Source: Paragordius varius (Eukaryota; Animalia; Nematomorpha). Taken from it: a stretch of 64,000 nt of DNA. The notes under the pieces were generated by a model. It was not told the origin of the DNA. It saw nothing but the letters and a program-made list of their open reading frames with translations, and did no database searches. The translations under genes were made by a program, and so were the position numbers. The stretch is from contig OZ176056.1 of the NCBI GenBank assembly GCA_964247055.1, forward strand, positions 2,852,001-2,916,000. Direction: 5' to 3'. This document shows positions 38,693 through 50,600 of this stretch, one piece after another (within the stretch, counting starts at the first letter, position 1; each line of letters opens with the position of its first letter).

Positions 38693-41600
38693 ATGACCAG
38701 CATTATGAAATATATTTGGATATTATTATGCTTTACATTGCTATATGGTCAATCAGTTACAGGTAATTAAATTTTTATGATATATTAGATCGGGTAACTG
38801 ATTCCTATACTATTTTATCTAATAAGTTAGTTTTTGAATGTATCATAATAATATAAAAGTTGAAATAATTTGACCATTTTATGGCTACATTCCTAAAAAA
38901 ATATTCATAAGGAAATAATCCAAATAATTGTTGTAAATTAAAATAAGTTTAAATATGATCCCTTTTACGACTACCCCTGTCGCCTATTCATTATACTAAA
39001 TTTGGTTGTTAGCGAAATTTTCGGGATGAGTTGGCCTAATTTCAAGCAAAAAAAATCAAGCCAATTTTTATCCATTAATACAATTTAGAGAAATTCGACA
39101 ACTTGTTTGGAATCGAATTACTGCAGCTTTTACAACATATTCTTTAATAGCGTTAAATTCTCATTATATTGATAATATAATGATTTATCAATATATATTA
39201 CAATTTCCTAGTTTTTTGCGTAAGATTATTTAGATAAATCTTACTTTGTTTAGACGTTGTTGATTTTGAGAATCAAATAAGTTGTTAAACACTATGGGAT
39301 AGTAATTAATTTATGATTGCCAACTTTGTGTTATTTTCCGATTCTCATTAACAATTGTCCAAATTCTTAAAAATATAAGAAATCTTTTGGAATATTGACA
39401 ACAGTTCTTCTTAAATGTCAATTTTTTTATCAAATAATATTGATATAAAATTTAAAATTAATCCTAAACTCAAATGTCTTTAATAGGCAACAAAATAATT
39501 ATTATTTAATCTTTTTGGTTCTATATATTTTTTTGAAAAAATGGGCTAGGAATAATTTGTAATATCTAACATTAACTCAATATAATATAAACCATGTTAT
39601 AAAAGCATGAGTCAAAACGGTTTAAAGCAAGAGTGTCCAACACATGGCCCTCCGAATGCGACCCTTCTAGACATTTTGTGCAACCACAAATTTGAAATAA
39701 GACTTTAAATAATTCGCAAAAATAGTGCTTTTTATGAAATAAATTTAGGAAGAATGATATTGTTGAATTATCTGCCACGGATGTGGTTAACTATATCCAC
39801 AACCGTTTTAATTACTAAATTGAGTTTATCTTTCACACGCGAAACCAAGTTTTGCTGATGAATAAAGCAGTGAAAGGATAAAATATTTTGCAAATTATTT
39901 TGGTTTTTCAAAAGAGGAATAAATATTTTATTTATTCCAATCATAGAGGGATAGCCATCTGTGCAGATCAAAACCAATTTTTCATAGAAATACCATTATT
40001 ATCGAAAAAAGTGTTATTTCGAGAAAATCACTTCCTTTCGTGGTATTATTCATTGGTAAAAATTTAAATATTTATTGTTGATTATGTTGTCGTTGCAAAA
40101 TCTTACGAAAAGCGTACATTGAGGTGTTGTACCAATATCAATGCTAGAATCAATAGCATTATTAAATTTGCAGTTTTTCAGAGCCAATAATGCATTTGAC
40201 ATATCTTCAATGCGTCGAGCACATGTTGCAGAAAGTTGAATTGTTTTAATATGCCTCATGATTTGATCTTCATATGGAATTTATCAAATGAAAAAGTGCA
40301 ACCATTTATTAGACATTCTTTTAGTTGGGAATCAGTAAACGGTTTCATATTTTTTCCTAAAATATAACAAATTTCATACGAAGCTAATTATACAACTTTT
40401 TCCTGGGAGAAAGCTATGGACATAATAGATTTTCTTTTCTGGTATAATTCCTTAATCTTTTAATATTTTTCGTTTTTCCTCATGATTTTCTGGTAATTTA
40501 TGAGAAAAATGGATTGTAAAATTCTTTCAATATTGTATTTTTTTATAATTATGTTGTCCTTACATATAAGGCAGGTAACAACATTTTTATTTTAAACGAC
40601 AAAGAATTTTTCTTCCCATTCTTTTTTAAAGGGCGATTTTTATCGAATAATTTACGTTTTTTAGCATTAGATGTCATCCTTTGAATTTTAAATATGATGT
40701 AAATTTTTTCAAAAAATAGAAATATAATTTGAACTACACTATAAAAAACAAATTGAAATTTAATGATGTTTATTAAAAATATTTTATGGGAGTTATAAAA
40801 AATGAGGCAGGATAGCTATGAAAAGATGTTTTGGGTGAAAGACTTGCTTAAATACAAAAAAGGAAAGCATTAAAAATTTCAAAATAGAAAAGAAAATATA
40901 CAGAAACAATGTGTGCCAAATTTTGGAAATTATTTAAATGTAGGGAAATTTTTCTACATTTCAAATTGGGTAAAAAATAAAAACTACCAAAAGAAAATAA
41001 ATTAAAATTAAAATAATCGAAAATTCGTTTATGGATTAGAAAAATAATGTAATCAATATGGTCATAGGGCAATTTTAAAGCACTCTTAGGGCCGCATGCG
41101 GCCCGCAGGCCGCGGTTTGAGGATCACTGTCTTAAGCTTTTCATCATGTATCAAAAAATAAACATATTGCTATAAATTTGCATTCATTGTAAATTTTAGA
41201 ACGGAAAAAATTAGGACTTTCAAACCACTAAAATTTTAATTTTTATAAAAATATTGTTTGGATTGTTATATGTAATAATATATCTTGATATTTTTGGAAT
41301 GAAGCATTTTTTCGCCAAAAATTTTATTTATCATGTGTGCAAATTTCCACCATTTTATTAAGGTTTTACCACAAATTGATGATTTAATCACATGCAATTA
41401 AAACCAAAAGCACCATGATAATATTGATCTATTTTCCTTTCTTAATGTATCTTTTAACAGGATATTTTTGTAACCTAGGAAATTTATTTTGTGCAAAACT
41501 AATGTAATTATTTTGTACCAAAAAAAAATTAAATGGCCTATTTAATTATACAGATGAACCTGTGAGCGGATCTGGAATTTTTCCAGTAAATAAAGATATG

Positions 41601-44600
41601 GCTATTATTCAATTCTTTTATTATTATAATAGGATAAACTATTTTTATATTCCCGTTACTTCAAGGCGGTTTTGCTGAAAATTATATATAAAATTTTTTC
41701 AACTATAAAAGCGGCATCACTTATAATAAAATTTTAAATTATCAAATTTTTTTAAACCTACGCTATGACGAAAGGTTAAATTAGGATTAAAAATTGAAAG
41801 TTTTTCTTATAAAATCATGTTTTTAGTTTCCTTTAAACATACTCTGTGGCTGGGGTCGGCACGGTCCAATGTAAGCCCTTGCGCGGACAAATAATCTATA
41901 AAATTTTAAAATAAAAATTTAGAGCCTTCATTTGCTATTATTTATTTATCTATCGTCATACTAACTTGTAAAAATAAAACAGTTTTTAAAAAATAAGTCA
42001 TCATCGGACTTTCACTTAATATAAGAATTTAAAGCCAAACAGTTATCAGAAAATTTGTTTAATTATGTTTATATATATATTATATATATATATATATACA
42101 TATATATAGATCTAGTACCTTCTAGCGGTGATGTTTCTTCCAGATCAATCGACGGTATTATAAATTAAATTAACATATAAACTGAATATATCTCTTCTTA
42201 ATCTTTTAATTGGTTTTCAATGCCAGACCAATTTTTTTTATTTAATAACCGGTGGTATTGTATTAAAATTAAAACACGTGTATTTCAATTTTTTGAAAAA
42301 AAATGATTATATATGAAAATAATTATTTTACACATATAGAACATGTTTGATTTTACTTGAAAATTTATAGGAATTAAGATAACTTATTTGTAAAATATAA
42401 AAATACATCAATTATATTTTTCCTTATCAGAAAAAAATTAAATTGTGAAAAAATTTTTAAACTGCAATTATCGCCTTTTAAAATTTTTTTCCGCATATTT
42501 TTCAAAATGACTAATATTTAATTCTAACTATAATTTATGATAAAAATTTGATCCCTTAAATCAAATTAAAATAAGCACTCAGTTTCAGAAGCATAAATTA
42601 ATATAATTCAATTCTACACCTAAATATTAAGTTTTATCAAACAATTATATCAGGTCCTGAACTAAAACGTTTCCCATTAAGATGTAATCTATATTTTTAT
42701 AAAAATGGAAAAGGCTGGCTTTGTGATCTGGTACAGGAAAACCAGTAGACTAAATATCCAAATATCGAAAAAATATAATCATTAATAAATGTCCCGACAA
42801 TAGCTTCGCCCTTTTTTTGAAATAGGCCCCCAGTTCGGGCCCACCCCGTATGAAAAACGGGTTTTTTTTAAAAACAGAAGTCCACAAAATCGTGTTTTTG
42901 AGACAATTTTCCGGAGAACGTGTTGGACCATTCAATTTCAAATATGATTTTTGTTTACTTATTTTCGATTGCGCTGAACATAGTCGAGTCACTTTTTTGA
43001 TTTAGGCCCTCTTTTTACCCGCTCCCCCCGTAAAATGCCATTTTTTTCAAAAAACAAAGTCCACAAAAATAATTTTTTAAATCGATTTTTCGCCCTAGGT
43101 ATGAGACCGTAAAAATTCAATAAAGATTCCACGTATTCCCTGTTAAAAGGCAAAATTTTTAGTCCACCGTTTATTTGATGATAGCTGCTGAGTAAGGAGT
43201 ACCTATCATATGTATAGCATGTTAAAAGATATATGGATATTAATACATTATTTATGGTAATCTATATATTTATAAAAATGGAAAATGCTGGCTTTGTGAT
43301 CTACAGGAAAAACGGTAGACCCATTCAAATCCAAACTTCAAACCCCCCCTCCCCCAGAAGTCCGAAGGACTTCCTCGGGCTGCGTAGCAGCACGAGATTC
43401 ACGCTAGTATAAAATAAAAATAACCACATTTTTCCCTAATAGCATAATTGAATTCCGCGTATAAACCGTAAATCTATTTTTACAATTGCATCATGTTATA
43501 ATAAAAAGACATTAGGTTTAATGCATATTTTTTTAATATACTAACAAAAATTTTATATTTTTAATTAAACAGGAATTTGAGTTACTAAAACATATTTTGC
43601 TAAAATTGACGTGTTTTATATCAACTACATTCATTCAATCTGTATTTGTCTAATGGGTACTAAACGTGAAATTATCAAATAAATGGGCGGTTTCTTACCA
43701 ACTTGTATTGTGAGGATTCGACACTATAAAAATTAATTTCTTATATCGAATTGGCCGTGGGAAAATATTTTCTAATAAATGAGAAAGGCTGGATTTATAT
43801 GCATATATGTTTTTGAAACTATTTATCCAATTTACCAAAAGATTGAATTATGTTTTCAAGGTATTGCAAAATTTTTTTTTAACATATCATGACATAATTA
43901 TGGCAAAAATATAGGGTGTTACAGATCCCTCAGATTAGTAAAAATATTTAATATGGTTAGTTGTCGTTTTTTATCAATCACTATCTAACCAATTTTGATA
44001 GCTATGATAGTTATATATGTAATATTTAAGATGCTCCATGATATACCTTTGCAAATCTGTTAAAATGTATATTAACTTAGTTCCAAATATCTTTCTTTTA
44101 AGAAACAATAATTTTTTAATGCGAATGAAAAATGACCTCTTTTGTCAAATTATAGATAATATCTTTAAAGAAAAGTCAAAAAATCAGATATTAAATATTG
44201 GGGAATCTTTAAGTATATGGGTCGAGCTAGTGGAAAACTTTTCTAATTTTAATAAAAGTCAATGGAAATTGAATGGTAAAGAAATCACGACAGGTTATAG
44301 ACAAGATTCAAAAACTTATACTTACACAAAAGACATGATCAACTTAACAGATGGAGGAAATTATACCTTTAGCATTGGTTCAAAATCAATAAATATCTCA
44401 GTGAGAATCATTGGTAAATAATGTTAATATATATTAAGTTGTAGTTTTTGATATATAAATATATATTTTTTATAATAAGATACATTTTTTTTATTTAGAA
44501 CCAGTACCAATTACTTATGGCAATAATCAAGTTAAAATTAATTTTTCTCGAGTCATACAAAAAAATCAATTGTACAATGTTACTACATATCAAGACTATT

Positions 44601-47600
44601 ATATAAATCATACCACAAAGAGTTTCTCAGAACTAAGCCCTTACATACATCATTTACCATTTGACACTATATGCATTTCAAATTTGATAGAAGAATACTG
44701 TTTTGATGTATATCCAGGTTATATAATTTTAATTTAATAATATATATACAGCGTCCTAAAAATTTATTGATGAAAAATTTATATTCTGATTTGGAAAATT
44801 TAGAATAGAGTGATATTTTTCATTCTGGTTTTAAAGAGTGATATAAGGAAGTTTTTGGTCAATGCTAAATGCCTTATGCCAAAAAATACTAAAATATGTC
44901 AAAAACAGATGAAAGCAAAACAAAAATTTTAAAAATTATTTGTGGGCTCCACCAAATTTTTTCGCTATTCTAAAATGGGCTACTATTAAAATAAATACAA
45001 AAATGCTGAGATTGCGAGATAAAATGATAATATGCTAAAAATTTAAAAAAAAATAAAAAATTATTTTTCAAAGAAATTAGATATTTTTGATAATATCTTA
45101 AGCTTTTATAATGTTCCCTATCAAAAAATAATTTTGCTAGAAATTGAATTTTTAACCAGCGCCATCACTTATAATAAAATTTTATATCAAAATTTTTAAA
45201 CCTACACTATGACGAAACATATTATTTGGAACAATTTACAAAATATAAAAAATTAATTAATACTTTAAGAGGTTAATTTATTTCATGTAGAAAATTATAA
45301 AGTCTCTAATTTGAAATATGAATATCTACCTGATTTGGATATAAAATTGATTTGGTCAACTTACAGCCCAAAAGTGAAAATATATGATGGATATAATTGT
45401 GAGAATTTTATAAACGAAACATCCGAGCACGCATACATTATAAAATACGCAACTATTAGCAAGAAAAATCAAACTTATTGTTTACAAACTGTGAATCAAA
45501 GCGAAAATTTGTTTGAAAGGATAGCCGTAACAATACCAACAAGTATTATTTAGTTATAATTGTGAGACAATCAAAAGATGTAAAAAATAGATTTTATATT
45601 ACCATAAAACTTGTTTTGCAAACTTCCGTCAAATTAGGATTAAAAATTCAAATTTTTTCTTATAAAATCATGTTTTTAGCTTTTAAACATATTCTGCGGC
45701 TGGGGTCGGCACGGTCCAATGTAAGCCCTTACGCGGACAATATCTATAAAAATTTAAAAAAAAAGTTAAGAGCCTTCATATATGTTATGTATAATAACTT
45801 AATTGTTTTTGTTAACTTAACTCAATTGATCTTATTTTAGTTACCTTATGAAAATATAATATCCTTACCTTTGTGCATAATACACCTTTGTACTTGTTAC
45901 GCTAAAAATGTATATTATCTTGGTTGTGAATGCTTTTACCTAAATACTGTAATATTGAGCCTTATGCAAATATATAACTTGTGAATGCTTTCATCTAAAT
46001 ATTGAAATATTTAACCTTATGCAAAAATGCAACCTCGCTCTTAAACTATATATAATGGAACATAGTTTTTTATGATATAAAATAAATTCCTTTTTTTTCG
46101 CTTATTACATTTGGCGCGGTCGATTTTTTATTGTATTACGTTGTATTCATTATTATGGAAAAAATAAGTATTGAAAGTTATAAAATCAATAATAATTTTA
46201 CGGAATATATTAAATATTTACGAAGAAATTTAGTAATTAAAGGAATACAGGATAATAATGAAAATATTAAAGCCATCTTTCTTGCCCAATCCGGTATTGA
46301 TAACATTTCTAAAATGGAACAATTCTTTTACCCCGTTAATATTGAAAACATATCTTGGGAGGAGATTTATGAAGCTGGGGTGAATATTTCAGCCAACCAA
46401 AAATACTTTTTTATCCCGATTCGATTTTTTTAGAGCGGAACGATTAGCGGGTGAAGGATTCTTGGAATTTTTTATAAGACTCAAAAATATGGCCGCTGCA
46501 TGCGAATTCAAAGTAAACGTTGACGAATTAATACGGGACGTGTTTATATGTGGGTTTAACGAGAAAAAACTAGAGACTGAACTGCTGAACAGGTACCCAA
46601 AGGCATTAGACAACGACATACCAGTGGGATTAAATAAGGTTCTAAATTTGGCATTAGCGTATGAAAATTATCACCTTGAAGTGAACTCAGTGAGAGCAAT
46701 ATATAATAATAAAAGTATTAATAATGGTAATAATAATGGTAATACTAATGGTAATAATAATGAAACTTTTAATGATGGTAATATTAATAATAATGAAATA
46801 TATATGGTAAGACGCAAACCTGTCGTAAAATCGTGTTTTAAATGCGGTCGCGCCCACAAATACGGATGCTGCCCAGCGTTTGGGATGGTATGTTTCAAAT
46901 GTCAGGGTAGAAATCATTTCGGAAGCCAATGCCAAAACAAATATGCTGGCAATAACAGGTATGTGAATAATATCGTAAATAAACCTAAAATAAATGTAAA
47001 AATAAACTCAACCCACGTCGAAATGTTATTCGACACGGGGGCGGACATATCTTTAATAAATTTTAGCACGTGGGTTAAAATAGGAAAGCCTAAAATAAAA
47101 CCCATTTATTTTAACATAAACACTTATGATAATAATCCTTTACACATAATAGGAGAGACAACTGTAACTCTTGAATTAATAAAATAAAAAAGATAACAAA
47201 ATGCTTTATAACGAAGAGACATCTTCCTCTAATATTTGGCATGGATTGGATCCAGCTATTCAATATCTCATTGCCTAACGAATTATATATTAATAAATTA
47301 TATCACACAAATGATATTTACAAATATTTAAGTCTTTATTTGATAACAAATTGGGTTGTTGGAAAGGGGAACCCATAAAGATATTTTTAGAAAACAATAG
47401 TAGGGGACGGGTATTTCCGGCTAGAAGGGTTCCCTTGGCCTTACAAGAGAAATTAAGTGAAGAGATTAAAAGGCTAGTATCCTTAAAAATTATTGAACCA
47501 GTAGACCCCAAGCAGTTTAAAATTTGTTGGTCCAGTCCTATAGTAAACGTATTAAAGTCAAATAATGAATTAAGAATATGCGCAGATTTTAAAGTGTCCA

Positions 47601-50600
47601 TAAACAAATACATTAAAACACCTCAATATATAATACTCACATTTGATGATTTGATTTCCAAAATTTCACATGGTAAGACGTTTTCAACATTAGATTAAAA
47701 AGATGCTTATCTTCAGATTCCAGTGCATCCGGAATTTCAAAATCTTCTCACAATATCCACATCTCTTGGGTTTTTTAAAGATACTAGGCTCCCTTTTGGT
47801 CTGTCGTGCGCACCTAGTTTTTTCCAACAAATCATGGATGAGCTATTAGGAGATTGTAAGGGAACAGCGGTCTATTTAGTGTAATTGTTACGGGGGAAAC
47901 GGATGAGGAGCATTATAGAAACCTAACACAAGTATTTGAAAGATTAGAACGAATGGGTCTTAAATTAAAAAAAGATAAAATAATGCTTTTTCAAAAGGAA
48001 GTAGAATATTTGGGGTTTACTATATCAGAAAAAAGTATAAAACCAGCGAGCAGTAAGATTAAAGCCATTCGCAAGTGTCCAGCCCCTAAAGATAAAACAA
48101 GTCTTCGTGCGTTTTTGGGCCTTTTAAACTTTCATTCACGATTTATACCTTCTCTAAATACAATTGTTAACGAACTCCATCAGCTACTGGTTCCAAAAAA
48201 AATGGTGTTGGACCGAGGTACACCAAAATATTTTTGAACGAAGTTATTAATAGGGCATAACAGCCGCCTCTTCCCTTTTAACCCCAGACTTCCCCTTATT
48301 CTAGAAACGGATGCATCTGGGGAGGGGTTTGGGGCCATTTTGTCGCATAGAACGTCGGAAGGTAAACGACCCATTGCATATTTTTCAAAATGTTCCCCGG
48401 CAGAGAAAAATTATTCGGTTATAGAAAAAGAGGCAAAAGCCATTGTATTGGCCCTAGAGATATTTAAACATTTTTATATGGTAGAAAATTTGAGATTAGA
48501 ACAGATCATAAACCTCTTATCAAATTATTCGGGCAGCAACGTGTATTAAGCGAGCTAAACAATAGTAAATTACTAAGATGGATTTCAAAAACATCCATTT
48601 TCGACTTCAACATAATGTACTACCCAGGAACCGAAAATCTAGCAGATTCACTATCAAGACTACCAACTGAGATAACTGAAGAGTGTGACAATGACGAGGA
48701 TATAGCGCAGGAGGTCCGGTTGCAATGGTGTCAGGAGTTAAACTTAAACAAGGAGAGGGTGCATAAGGAAACTATGAGCGATGAGACGTGTAAACAGATT
48801 AAAGCAGCACGAAAGACTAATGATTGGTCTCATCCGGGGGTGCAGTCCTATAAACCACTGAGGAATGATATCGAAGAATCATACGGCCTTCTATATTTAG
48901 GTGACCGCCTTATTGTGCCTCAAAGCATGAGGGTTGATGTTCTTAACTATCTTCATAAAGGTCACCCAGGTATACAGTCCATGAAAGCGTTAGGTAAGAG
49001 TGGTGTGTTTTGGCCGAAATTGAACCAGGATATCGAAAAATGGGTGCAAGGCTGCTCAAATTGTCAAAAGTCACGGTTTAACATTGCAGTAAGCCCGACG
49101 TATAAATGGAATCCGAACACCACCGTTTGGGAGCGATTGCATCTCGATATAGCGGGGCCCGTAGAGAACCTTTCTGGGTCATACTTATAGATCACTGCAC
49201 CCATTAGGTGGAAGTAGCACAGCTTAAAACAGTGAACTCGATCAGTATTTTGAAAGTTTTAGAAGGTTGGTTTGCACGATATGGCACCCCAGATGTGATC
49301 GTAACTGATAATGCGTCGTATTTTAAGTCCGGTGATTTTGAAAGAATATTAAGTTCCTCTAATATCAAGCATGTAACCTCTGCGCCATACCACCCTCGGA
49401 CAAATGGTTTAGTGGAAAGTGTCATTCAAACATTGAAAACGCACTATTATATGTGTTCTGAAGTAGCAGATACAGAACGCCGGTTAAACCAGGTACTGTG
49501 GGCTTACAGATCAGCACATCACAATGGTATAAATGAGACACCCGTACGACTATTCCTAAAACGAAATATACCGACACCGCTGTCCTGGATGAAAGGCAAA
49601 CCAAAGGATTATATCGATGGTACCTCAGATAATATACGTGAGTTCGTTCCAGGTGAGAAAGTGTTTATAAAAAATGAGTTGGAAGCCGGTTGGCGAGAGG
49701 GAAAAATTGTAGAGCGGACTGGATTATTGTCCTACAATATCGAAGATAGAGGGAGGGTTTTACGAAAGCATACGGATCAATTAAGAAGGCGAAAAGAGGT
49801 CCCGATGAACTTAAGCTAGACGACCCGAAAGAATTAGAATCGGAACAACAGAATAATAATGATAATATTATAGCCACCCCATTGCATGGTCCTCCTATTG
49901 ATGACAATATTAATAATGATGATACCAATCCTTCCCCGGATATTTGTCAAGATTTCCACAATAATCAGCAAAGTCCCAACGGCGATAAGATTGCAGAACC
50001 CCCAAGCCTCGAAGTACCAGTGGAGAGACGCTATCCTACCAGTAGCCGAAAAGCCCCTGACAGATACACAAATCACTTTTAAATTAGATAGGAGATATGT
50101 TATGTATAATAACTTAATTGTTTTTGTTAACTTAACTCAATCGTATTTTAGTTACCTTATGAAAATATAATATCCTTACCTTTGTGCATAATACACCTTT
50201 GTATACGCTAAAAATGTATATTATCTTGGTTGTGAATGCTTTCATCTAAATATTGAAATATTTAACCTTATGCAAAAATGCAACCTCGCTCTTAAACTAT
50301 ATATAATGGAACATAGTTTTTTATGATATAAAATTCCTTTTTTTCGCTTATTACAATATACTATTATTAATTTTCTATAGTCATACTAACTTGTAGAAAT
50401 AAAACAGTTGTTAAAACATAAGTCATCGTTGTACTTTCAATTAATATAGAATTTAAAGAAAAACAGTTATCAGAAAATTTGTTTAATTATGTTTATTTAA
50501 ACGTCATGTTCCCAAAATTACCTAGCTTAAAAAAAGTATATACATTATATATAATATATCGTATTTAATTGCAAATTTCTACAACAGATATATTTTTACC

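Larger units (their letters stand above)
34089..39364 (+). repeat. Direct tandem duplication (34089-36700 and 36701-39364)
   Basis: Near-identical 2612- and 2664-nt units differing by a ~51-nt indel and scattered SNPs. Each carries an integrase tail, an LTR and a signal-peptide exon. Confidence 0.95.

Noticed and set aside
46710-46800. Asn-rich (AAT)n tract in gag, poly-Asn at 15470-15488 and (AT)n runs at ~42070 and ~55050
   Set aside because: Ordinary microsatellite slippage in an AT-rich genome.
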